Part shown: piece after piece, positions 24,101-52,684 of the stretch
How the letters are laid out: every line of letters begins with the position of its first letter
Position numbering within the stretch: the first letter of the stretch is position 1
NCBI RefSeq assembly: GCF_018350175.1
Contig: NC_058382.1
Coordinates: 7,688,001-7,752,000 of the forward strand
DNA: 64,000 nt
Direction of reading: 5' to 3'
Source: Felis catus
Lineage: Eukaryota
Made by a program: the position numbers and the translations under genes
The notes under the pieces: generated by a model
Told to the model about the DNA's origin: nothing
Databases searched by the model: none
What the model saw: the letters and a program-made list of their open reading frames with translations, nothing else

Positions 24101-25398
24101 TAGGGCTATCGTGAATAATGCCGCTTTGATTTATTATTATTTTTTTTTAATGTTTATTTCTGAGGGGGGGGGGGGAGAGAGAGAGGGAGAGTATGAGCAG
24201 GGGAGGGGCAGAGAGAGAGGGAGACCCAGAATCCAAAGCAGGCTCCAGGCTCTGATGTGTCAGCATGCAGACCGATGGGGGGGTGGGGCTTGAACTCACA
24301 GACCAAGAGACCAAGACCTGAGTTGAACCCGGATGGAAGCTCAACAGACTGAGCCACCCAGACGCCCCAGGGGACAGGATGTTTCAAGACAATGGAAGAG
24401 CTTTTTTTTTTTTTCTTTATCTATCCGATTCCATGTAGCTTTGGTGAGGCTGTGGGGAAATTGGGGTTATTATCGCCCCTGCAGTTGGAAGCCTACATCA
24501 TCACAAGTTCTCTGGGGAGTAACTAAGCAACATATATCCAGATCTACAACTTACATCTGTTCATGGCTGGAGTAATTATGGTTCGAGGAATCGTAATGCA
24601 GGGACAACGTGTGACTCTTGATCTTGGGGACGTGAGTTTCCCCATGTTGCATGTAAAGATTATTTTTAAAAACAAGAAATCGTCGGGGCGCCGGGGGGGC
24701 TCAGTCAGTTGAGGGCCTGACTTCAGCTCAGGTCATGATCTCGCGGTTCAGGAGTTCGAGCCCCGCGTCGGGCTCTGTGCTGACAGCTGGGAGCCTGGAG
24801 CCTGGATTCTGTGTCTCCCTCTCTCTCTGGCCCTCCCCCACTCGCACAGAAAAATACATATGCAGAAGATTACTGTAGCATTGTTTTAATATTAGAAAAG
24901 GGCAGGGGCACCCGGGTGGCTCAGTGGGTTGAGTGTCAGACTTTTCGTTTCAGCTCAGGTCATGATCTCACAGGTTCGTGAGTTCGAGCCCAGCACTGGG
25001 CTCTGTGCTGATGATCTGGAGCTTGCTTGAGATTCTTTCTCTCCCTCTTTCCATGCCCCTCGTCCGCTCACATGTGCACACTCTCTCTGTCTCAAAAATA
25101 AACAAACTTAAAAAAATTTTTTTTATTTTTTTAATGTTTATTTTTGAGAGACCATTAATTTTTTTAATGTTTATTTATTATTGAGAGAATAAATAATAAA
25201 TTATGTATTAAATAAATAAATGTTTATTTATTTTTGAGCAGAGGAGGGACAGAGAGAGAGGGAGACACAGAATGTGAAGCAGGCTCCAGGCTCTGAGCTG
25301 TCAGCACAGAGCCCAACGCGGGGCTCAAACTCACGGACTGCAAGGTCATGACCTGAACCGAAGTCGGACACTTAACCGACTGAGCCACCCAGGTGCCC
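21175..25398. mobile_element. Intergenic repeat field: Can-SINEs, L2 and MLT1 fragments
   Basis: SINEs at 21175-21393(-), 22846-23035(+), 23317-23457(-), 24135-24368(-), 24684-24850(+), 24905-25115(+), 25220-25398(-); MLT1-like at 22480-22680 and 23480-23790. Confidence 0.82.
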
Positions 25399-25545
25399 AA
25401 CTTTAAAAAAAATGTTTAAATTAAAAAAATGACAAGCTGATTATTGACATGTAAATCTAAGCTAGAAAACCAAAGAGCTCAAATTGTTTCTCAGAGATGT
25501 TTGTAGCTCCATGATCAGTGCGTTTGTTTAAGAATGCAGATTCTT

Positions 25546-25616
25546 GGGATGAGCACTGGGTGTTGTATGGAAACTAATTTGACAATAAATTTCATATATT
25601 AAAAAAAAGAAAAAAA
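25546..25616 (+). mobile_element. Extremely 5'-truncated felid L1 inserted in a MER5A-like element
   Basis: GGGATGAGCACTGGGTGTTGTATGGAAAC...AATAAA...poly(A); TSD AAGAATGCAGATTCTT at 25530-25545 and 25617-25632. Confidence 0.85.
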
Positions 25617-25879
25617 AAGAATGCAGATTCTTGGGCTCTATCTCAGGCCCTGGGAACCAGGATCTCTGAGCGTGGTGCCCAGGAATCTGCATTTTAACTA
25701 GACGTTCGGATGCCCATTTGATATTTGAGAAACTTAGTCAATGAAAAAAGGGGCACAATGAGACCCAGAGAGACATTGTCAAATATTTTTATGGTCTTTG
25801 CCCCGTTACCACGGGAAGGAGCTCCTCTAGTCTGACCCTCTCTCCCTTCCCCAGATCCTTCGCAACATCGGCCCATCCC

Positions 25880-25946
25880 TGCACTTGCCCAAGGAAACCT
25901 TGCGGTTAATGAGTCTCCAAAAAGTGAAGTGAAAGTGGTAAACAAA
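25880..25946 (+). promoter_or_regulatory. NAPSA: Candidate NAPSA upstream TF-site module (NKX2-1, HNF1, IRF/PRDM1, FOXA)
   Basis: CACTTG 25882, GGTTAATGAGT 25904, AAGTGAAGTGAAAGT 25922, GTAAACAAA 25938. Confidence 0.45.
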
Positions 25947-26238
25947 GCAACAGCAGCTACAGGATTAGAAGTGGGGTGGGGGCCGCGGGAGACCGTCCCT
26001 GTGCCCTCGTTGAAGTCGGGAATGAGGCGACTAGTGACACAAGTTGACATTTCTGGTGTCCCTACAAAAATATTCCACACGTCCCTCAAAATACACCACC
26101 CGCTTCCCGCTCCTGTCCCCCCTCACCCACAGAGAGACTTCACCTCCCGGGTCACCTCAGAAACCCGGAGGTGGGCGGTGAACAGGGCGGAGTCTCTGAG
26201 GAAAGAAAACAGATGGGTCAACACTCGGGTCCCCAGAG

Positions 26239-36077
<9,839 letters not shown>

Positions 36078-36624
36078 GCGCATGCGCACCGAGCGGTAGT
36101 CGAGGCCCAGGTACTCCGTAAAAATCCGTTCTTACCATTGACTCTACCTGGGTCACTTTTTTCTTTTTTTTAAGCGCGTGATTTTTGGAGAGAAAAGTTA
36201 GTGTCCAGCTCTCTGACTTGAGGAAGAAAGGAAGGAGAAAGGTATCACTCCTTTTCTCCAGGGCAGGGCTCCCGCCGGTGCGGAGGTCTTGTACTACGAA
36301 TCCCAGGAGGCCCTTCGCCTACGCTGTCTATAGACAGAGGCGTCCGGCACCGCGAAGCCTCATGGACCTTGTATTCCAGGCCGTGTTCTCGTCTTGCCGG
36401 GGGCGGGCGCAGCCACAACATGCGTGGGAGGCGACAGGTCGCGACGGCAGCGACAGGTGGCAGTGGGGGGTGGTGCCTGAATCGTAAAGGGCTTTCCAAC
36501 CTTTGTTTTAAGGGGAGGGGATATGATTCCCGCAGACTTCAACCTCTGTCCTTCCTTTCTCCCCTTGGGATTCCGAGACCCCTGGGTCCGCCATAAAGGC
36601 GGGGCTTGAAGCCCCCGGGTTGGG

Positions 36625-36765
36625 GGAGCTGTGCTGTCCCTCCTCCGGCGATGATGTCATTCCCCCCCTCCGCAGCTTCTTGCTGCCCTGAGCTGCCGGG
36701 GCTGGGTCACCCCTCCCCCAACGCCAGCCCCGGATTCCCCCATCCCCGCCCCGCCTCGACTTGGG
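36625..36765 (+). other. KCNC3: Putative distal first exon (probably of KCNC3); 5' end approximate
   Basis: Strong donor GGG|GTGAGT at 36766 in CpG-rich sequence; CATAAA at 36592; about 3.7 kb upstream of the main KCNC3 start. Confidence 0.4.
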
Positions 36766-37155
36766 GTGAGTACGGGGGGAGGGGGAGAAGGCACAGGGTC
36801 CGGGGGCGGTAAAACGACCCAAATCCCAGTTTTGGAGGCGAGAGACCCGGGAGATGGGGACTCAAAGATTACAGCGGAGAAATTCTTCCTTAATAACGAG
36901 CTTTGGGAGCCAAGGTTCTTGGAAGGCCTGGGGGGACCAAGGATCGTAGGCGGAGAGTCTCCATATTTTCAGCTTTACTGTTCGGGAGACCCTCTTTCCT
37001 GGATTTATAACTGATGGGAATGGGGGTGGAGGAACGAGGCCGGGATCCTAGAAGTCGGGAAGCGGGAGACCCTTTCCCAGTTCCAGGGCCTTGGAGAATG
37101 GGGGAGGGGGGATGAGGGGGGCGCCAAGGATGACAGAGGTGGGAGTTTGGAGCTT

Positions 37156-38997
37156 TCAGGAATTTTGTGCCTGGAGGACCAGAAAAAGGATAGATTGGGA
37201 AGGAGGGGTGGGAAAGGGCTGGAAACCAGGACAGACATTGGTCTACAGCCTCCTGGTGTCCATCGCCCCAAATCAAGTCCGCTTCCCCCTGGTCTGTTTG
37301 CAGGGCTGGGTGTCCCATACCCGGAGCCTACATTATGCCTCCAGTCGCCTACCCCATGGGTATAGACTCGAGGCTCACAAATCCCCCACATACCCTGGTG
37401 GGTCCTGGAGAGGGCCAGGAGGGAGTGGTGACATTCAGTTTTCCCTGGACCTGATGGAGTCTGGACTATACTGTTACTCCTTGCCCCAGGGCCTCCGCCC
37501 CGCTCCCATGGTCTCTAATCTGGAGTCTCATCCCATATCGTCCCCTATGGCAGCCCCCTCGCCCACAGCCCCCACCTTCTCCCACACCTTCTGACCTCTG
37601 CAAAAACGCTGATTTGGTAACTGGATCCCGTGCCTGGCTGCTGTCAAAAGCAGAAGAGAAAAGTAGAGTTGGGGGAGGGGAGAGGATATAAGGGAGCATA
37701 GCTGATTTTTAGGTGTTTACCCTAGTCCCTACTCCCACCCCTAGTGCCTACCCAACCCCTCCTCCAGCCACCACCCCCACTCGTGACTTGCTCAGAAACC
37801 TCACTCAACCCAAGCCTCAACCTAAGCCCAGTCCCTCACCTCAGGATTCACTGCTTCTGCCTGGGGATACACCAGAATTCAGGGTAGAGAAGAGTAGGAA
37901 GTTTTGATGTCTTTTCTCTGCCTTCCTGGGTCCCATCAGGGGCTTGAGTACCGCCCAAGGTCGGGGGGGTGGTGAAGGAAATACCTCCTTGGTCTGCAGG
38001 ACAGGCTCCACTTCTGCAACTCTCCGCAGTGACGCAGCCTCGGGTCCTGGCCAGGATGGGGGGTAGAGGGGGTGATGGAGGGACAGAGACCAAAGGACAG
38101 CGGGACAAAGTCCCAAAGAAGTGGAGACAGAGCCTCATAAGGGGATGAAAGAGGCACGGGGAGTGGGGATAGAGACCCGCATAGGGTGACAGAGAGAAAA
38201 AGGAGAGAAAGAGAAAAGGCACTTACAGAGGAGGGAGAGAGACGGAGGAGAGGAAAAAGATACTGACAGAGAGGTCGTCAGAGAACAAGAGCAAGGGGGA
38301 CAGAGATGCAGATGAATGGATAGAGACGGGGGGTGGGGGGTACAGGCTGGGAGAGGGGAGTGGAGGACAGAGACACAAAGAAGAGGGAGAGAGACCCAGG
38401 GAGAGGAAGACAAGGGCCTAGGGCAAGGAGGACAGCGCCCCAGAGAGGGAGTGGAGGACAGAGACACAAAGAGAAGAGACAGAGACCGGGAGGGGGCAGA
38501 GGCCCAGAGAGAGAGAGAGACAAATCCCTGAGAATAAGCTACAGAGACCAGGAGAAAGAGACTGGGGTGGGGGGACGGAGACACAGTTGGGGGAGAGGAG
38601 ACTGAACCTTAGGGAGAAGGAAGTAAAGACTCAGAAGGAGGGGAACAGATTCAGAGAACAATGAGACAGAGACCCGGAGGGAGGGTAGAGACTTAGAAAA
38701 GAGGGTCCAGAGTCTCAGCGGGGCGAGGGCAGAGACGAGGGGACAAATAAATACTCAGAGAAAGGGGATAGAAAGACATCGAGAGACACAAAAACGGGAG
38801 CGGGGGCGGGTGGGTAGGCGATACGAACCAGCCGCCGCACCTGCAGAGGGAGGCGGTGGGCCAGGGATAATGCAGCGGGAGAAAGCCCGCAGCCCCTGAC
38901 CCGCCCCCTTCGCTCCCGCAGGCACCGCCTCCTCCCGCCGCAGCCGGGGCAGAAGCTGAGGCCCCCGCTCCAGCGCCTGCGCCCAGCTGCTCGGTGT
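37156..38997 (-). CDS. Putative unannotated multi-exon gene (small P/A/E/S-rich protein or spliced lncRNA); start not identified
   Basis: Exons 38997-38841, 38046-37985, 37860-37840, 37640-37596, 37450-37394 and 37170-37156 (stop). All GT-AG bounded; one continuous frame of 118 codons. Confidence 0.45.
38140..38790 (+). repeat. GA-rich low-complexity tract with an internal ~30-bp duplication
   Basis: GGAGTGGAGGACAGAGACACAAAGA at about 38357 and 38448. Confidence 0.7.
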
Positions 38998-40540
38998 CTG
39001 GCCAGCCAAGGGGGCGGGGCAGGACACGCCCCTCCACTAGCCCCGCCCCAACTCTCCGCTTCCGCCGGGACTTTCGGACACCTAGCCCCGCTCTATTTCT
39101 CATTGGCCCCGCTTATTTCCTCAGCCTAGCCAGTTTCCCGGCGCTTAGGTTTCTCCCCTCCGCCACCCTTAAGGCTCTCTCTTCACCTGTCCTCATCCAT
39201 CCCTTGGTTCTGCAGTCTGCAGTCCGCTGTTATCTAGACTTGGTCCCTTTTACATCACCAGTTGGAAGTTCTTGCAGCGCCCTCCAAAGCCCTGCTGACC
39301 CTCACGCCGCTCTCCCAGGTTCTCTGAGCCCAGACTCCCCGTTCCAGGTCCTATTCTTCCATCCAGCCCAGTAATTGTGTACTCTGCAGGTCTCACCTTT
39401 CCCGTAGCGTCCCCATACCCGTTCTGTACTCTCTTAGCCCTGCCCCAACCCCGCCTAGGCTGGTTGCTTTCAAGCCTCTTAGAGCCCCCAGTACTCCCCT
39501 AGTCTCGTCTTCCCACAGTCCATTCAAGACGGTTTCTGCCATTTGTAGATCCCACCCACCTTCCTCGGTCTCATCCATCCATCCTGACACTCCTTTTCCC
39601 GGCCCAGCCCTGTCTGACCAGGCCAAGCTTGCAACCCCGGCCCGACCCCTTCCTCGCTTCGTTCCCTTTCTTAGTCCTAGGCAGACGCTCTCAGGTTTCC
39701 AGGCCTCGCTTATATCCACTCCTGCTCACTGGGTCTCAGTCCCTATTCCTCCTTTCGGTCCAGCCTAGTGCCATTTCGCGCGAAAGTACGGTCTATTCTT
39801 CATTTCCAGTTCCCGCCCCTCGTTCAGTCTCGCCCCCTCACTACCCAGCCCAATTAGGACTGTTTCTAACTTTCCTAGGCCCTGCCTCTTCTTAAGATCC
39901 GCCCTGCCCGGACAAAGCAAAGTTAGGGGTCCAACCCGGCTGTCTCCATCTGCCCCTCCCCACAGGCTCCAGGTTGCCGGCTCTTTAGATCCTTTCTCTG
40001 TCCAATCAGGACCGTCTCCCCCATGCTAGTCAGAAGTCTTTAAGTAGTTTGGACTTGTCCACTCCCTCTGCTCCGCCCACTCCTTTCTTCAGTTCAATCA
40101 GATCTCTTTCTCATATCTAGTCCCACCCCCTCAGTTAGCTGCCCGTCCTGCCCATTTGGCACCTCGCTCGGACCTCCCCTTCTCTCGGAAAGATCCAATC
40201 GGTGTGTTTCACCTGCAGCCCCGCCCCGAGCAGCTAGGCTGTGTGGAGTCCCTGTCCTTCCCCCTGCCTCGGCCCCGCCCTAGCGTCCCCAGACCAACCA
40301 GCTCTGTTCCGCCCCCACCAAGGCCCCGCCCCCTCCACCCGTCGCTTCTTCCACCCAATCACGTCTGCTTCTCCTCCTGCAGCCCCGCCCCCGACGCCCC
40401 NNNNNNNNNNNNNNNNNNNNNNNNNNNNNNNNNNNNNNNNNNNNNNNNNNNNNNNNNNNNNNNNNNNNNNNNNNNNNNNNNNNNNNNNNNNNNNNNNNNN
40501 NNNNNNNNNNNNNNNNNNNNNNNNNNNNNNNNNNNNNNNN

Positions 40541-48590
<8,050 letters not shown>

Positions 48591-49844
48591 CGGACGAACC
48601 CCTTCCCCCCGGGGTAAGTAGCCCCCACTCTTTGATCCCCACCTTCTTCCTGACTAACCCCTCTGAGAACATGCATCCCCCACTGACCGAGACTCCTGTC
48701 CCCTCACTGTGAACAGCTCCATCCAATTAACCAGCAGCCACGACACTGACCCCACACCCACCCGCCCAGGACTTGCCCTGCCCCTCACTAACCCCCCAGA
48801 ACTAACCCGACCCTCCCCACCGTGTGCCTGACCTCCCTCCCCTGCCCTCACGACTGACCCCCATCCTCACCCCCATTCGCATCTCTCTCCCTGCCTCCCC
48901 CCCCACTGGGTTTTTTATTCAATTGAGAAAATGGGGTACACACCCAGGACACTTTGGGGTGCAAGATGGGATGGGGAAGACTCAGCCACTCGTCCAGTCG
49001 CTTGTGAATTGGCCAGCGCTTACCAAGGACCTGTGTGTCACCTGCGTGTCACCTGCGTGGTGCTAGGCACAGGGAATCAACAGGGAAGAACCCCCTCCCC
49101 CCACCACACCGCCCAAGGAGCTCCCAGTTTGCTGGGAGAGTCAGACACTGACCTAGAAAGCCACTATTTGGGGTGATATATGCACAAGGGGAGGTACCAC
49201 AGGGACACGCAGTAAGAGGAACTCGCACGCTCCCCAGGACACGATGAAAACAACGGGGAAGGCTTCCCGAAGGAACTGAGGTCTGGAGGTGTCCTGACCT
49301 CAAGTGCAGAAGTGATCCCATGGGACACAGTGACCACAGGGACTGGGCCAAACAGTGCGGAGGAGACTGGGGACTGGCAGGTAGACGTGAGGTAGGAAAG
49401 CAGGCCTGGGCTGAACCTTGTTTAGGGACCCTTGGGGGGGGGGGCGGGCAGGTCAGCGCCTGGGCTGTGTGGGGCATGGACAGGAGACTGGAGGTCAGGA
49501 GGCCCGGGGAGCAGGCTGGGATGAGGGTCCGAGGGGATGCAGAGGAAGAGACAAGGCAGAGGGAGTTAGGGATCAGGGACAGACCGGGAGGGACAGGGCT
49601 GGGAACTGGCACTGGCGAGACAGAGAGTAGCTGAGTAATTCAACAAACATAACGCAGCACTTATCACACGCCAGGAATTTAACAGGATTCTGTAATCTTC
49701 ACTGCACCCCTAGCTAACACACAGCTCGCTTCCTTCCTCCCTCCCTTCCTCCCTTCGGCAACTAATCACTGAGGGCACAGTTCCAGGCACTGGAACTTTG
49801 GCGATTCACGAAGCATGACTCTGCCATCACAGTTGACACTCTAG

Positions 49845-50037
49845 AGCACGGATTGGCACGCTACGGCCCCTGGGCCAGACCTGCCAGCAGGCTGTTTTGT
49901 AAATAAAGCTCTACTGGAGCACAGCCACTGTCATGCTACAACAGTAGAGTGGAATAGTTGTCACGGAGAACGTGTGGCCCGCAGAGCTGAACATATGTAG
50001 CGATCGGCCCTTTACAGGAAAAGCTTGCCACCCCCTG
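49845..50037 (+). mobile_element. MER58A-like hAT MITE
   Basis: TGTTTTGTAAATAAAG...TGGCCCGCAGAGCTGAA...GGCCCTTTACAGGAAAAGCTTGCCACCCCTG. Confidence 0.75.
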
Positions 50038-51646
50038 ATCAGAGGAAGCAGAAAAGTAACCCGACAGATGGACAAAAGGACATGATGATTACTCTGGCCA
50101 CTTCAGATAAGGGGGTCTGCAAAGGCCTTTTTGAGGTGACGTGAACCCTGAAAGGTAAAAAGGGCCAGCCGGCGGAACAGCAGGTGCAAGGGTCCTGCGG
50201 TCCTGAGGTGGGATGAGCTTGATTTGTTAAAGGTGTAGCAAGGAGGGAGGTGTGGTTGGAACTGAGCAGCTCAGGGGAGAGGGGTGCCAGACAGAGCCTG
50301 GGGTGGGGGTGGGGGGAAGGATCATGAGAGGTTTTTGTGGCCATGGCTAGAGGCTGGATTTGACCTTAAAGGTGACAGGGAGCTGCCTGAAGGAATCTGA
50401 TCTATCACTTATTCCTTCAACAAACTTCTGTGGAATCTTCTTTAGAAATACACAGACACATCCTTAAAGAATCGAATCGCTACCTGCAGCTTAGGGAGGT
50501 GCTGTAGTGGGACGTGGGGCCTCCAGGGACAGCCTCGGTTCACGGAAGTTCGGGGGGTGGGGCATGAGCAGACAGGAATGAGACCCCAGGCCTCTGGGCT
50601 CCGAGTCCAGAAGGGACAGTGGCCCTTCTCGTTCCACCCCCTAACTCCCCAATTCACCCTCCATTTTCATCTCATTATCCCCCCCCTTTCCCTGCTCCCA
50701 CCTCACCCACCCCCCCCCTGCTTGCGCCCAGGCCCTTTCCACCCTGTTTCCCACCACGAGGTCTGGATGGGCCCCCACGGAATTGAGGGAGGGGGGAGGA
50801 TTTGTAAATGGGAGGGAGGGAGGGAGGGAGGTGTGGGGGCTGGGTGGGTTGGGGGAGGGGTCTCTGCTTCTCTTGCCTCTGATGCCAAAATCCATTCATT
50901 GAACTCAAATGATGGCCGGAGCTGATGGGGCTGACTGAACTCTCTGCCCCAACGACCTGGATCCCTCCCCATTCCTGCATTTCCAAGCTCCTTCCTCTCT
51001 CTCCATCCTTCCTGGGTGACCCACCGTCCCCTGTTGTCCCCCTCTTTTTCTCCCAGGACCCCCCCAATCCCCTACCTGTCCCATGACCCTACCCTTGTCC
51101 ACCTTCCCGAATCACCTGAGCCCAACACCTAACACCTGTTTCCCCTTCCTCCCCAGCCCTCCCCCTCTTCCTTCTGTCATCTTCCCTCCCCCCCCACCCC
51201 TCCCCCCAGTCACCCCGGAAGCTCCTTCCATATTTGATGTCTTTGGCCGCCCCCATTTCACTGCTCCCCTCCCCCGGAAAACACCAGAGAGGAGGAAGAG
51301 ATTCCGGCGTTTCTCCGTCCCCCCAACAGTGAGGCTGTGTTGGGGGGTTCCGCCTGACCACCCTCCCCCCGCCGTGACTCTGTATTTCTGTCCCCAGCTC
51401 TTGTCACCGCCTGAGACCTCGCGAGACCCTCGGTCCCCCCCTGCCCCTTCCCCCCAGGTTAGCAATTGGGAATGGCTGGGAGGGGGTGTTCCCAAGATAC
51501 TGGGCTTCCAACCCCTGCCCCCCAGGCCCTCTGTCCTCTGGTCAAGACCCCCTCGCCCAGACAGACCTCTTGGCACTGACTGGGAACGCACTAGAACTTC
51601 CCCCAGACACCGGCAGTACTCTGAGATCCTCCCGAGCTTTCCAGAA

Positions 51647-51648
51647 AC

Positions 51649-51688
<40 letters not shown>
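51647..51688 (+). repeat. (CA)n microsatellite in the KCNC3 3'UTR
   Basis: About 20 CA units. Confidence 0.95.
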
Positions 51689-51691
<3 letters not shown>

Positions 51692-52631
51692 CCCGGTCTT
51701 AGACCCTTTGGGCTCTCAGGCCTCTGTTAGACCTTCCCATCAGAAGGTTCCACGACCCTTTAAAGATACCTCATCACAACCTTCAGGTGAGCCTTGCCTC
51801 TCTCAGGTCCGCCCCCCCACGGGGGGGGGGCACTGCCAGTTCACGCTCCTTTCTGCCTCTCACAGCCCCACCCACCTGCCTTTCCTCCTTTCTCCACCGC
51901 TAGGTCAGCCCCCACCGGAGCCCTCCCGAGCCCTCCCCACCGGCTGCTCCCCCCACATGCATTCCACCGAGCTCCCTCCCCATGCCCGTGCTGCCCACCA
52001 TCCGCCTTGCTGCCCCCCCCCAACCCTTTTGCCTCAGATAAGGGGGCCAACGGGGGTAGGGAGAGGGGAGGTGGGAGGGGCGGGCTGCGGTGGGGATGGG
52101 GTGGGGGAGGCTCGGTGGGCACCACCCTGCCTCCTAACCCTGAGTCTCTCCCCCCTCCCCATGTCTGAACCTTTCTCCTTGATTCCGACTGACTGTCCGA
52201 TTTGTTCACTTTTCTCTCTCCATCTCCTTGGTCCGCCTCTGTCCATCTCTCTGCCTCTTGCCATCTGTTTTGTTATGTCTTGGTGTCTGACTGTCTGTCT
52301 CTTATCCCTTCTGTCTCCCTCGCCGTCTCTATCCCGGACTCTGTGCTTCCACCCTTTTTCTGTCTCCTTGCCTCTTCCCGTCCCTCTCTCTCTTTCTCCG
52401 GCTCCTATCCTTTCTGGCCGTTCCTCCCCCTGCTTCCCTGGCTCGGGGTCTGTCTGTTGGACCCTCCCCCTGCACCCCCACCTCCACGCTTCCTNNNNNN
52501 NNNNNNNNNNNNNNNNNNNNNNNNNNNNNNNNNNNNNNNNNNNNNNNNNNNNNNNNNNNNNNNNNNNNNNNNNNNNNNNNNNNNNNNNNNNNNNNNNNNN
52601 NNNNNNNNNNNNNNNNNNNNNNNNNNNNNNN

Positions 52632-52684
52632 GCTCTCCCAGGGCCGCCCGCCGCGCTCCCCCAACCCTGCCCTCCATCCTCTAA
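52632..52684 (+). CDS. KCNC3: KCNC3 alternative C-terminal exon, visible end (acceptor in gap 52495-52631)
   Basis: SPRAARRAPPTLPSIL TAA matches the recalled rodent Kv3.3 GYEKSRS...RRAPPTLPSIL tail. Confidence 0.8.

Noticed and set aside
38429-38438. REST site GGACAGCGCC
   Set aside because: Right half-site only, inside a GA-rich low-complexity tract.
39186-39416. ATG-bearing upstream exons (donors near 39186 and 39396) as the start of the antisense gene
   Set aside because: Their ATGs splice into frames that stop within the 21-nt exon, so they do not explain the long frame.
36100-40100. NAPSB paralogue expected from human gene order
   Set aside because: No aspartic-protease exons between NAPSA and KCNC3, consistent with NAPSB being a primate duplication.
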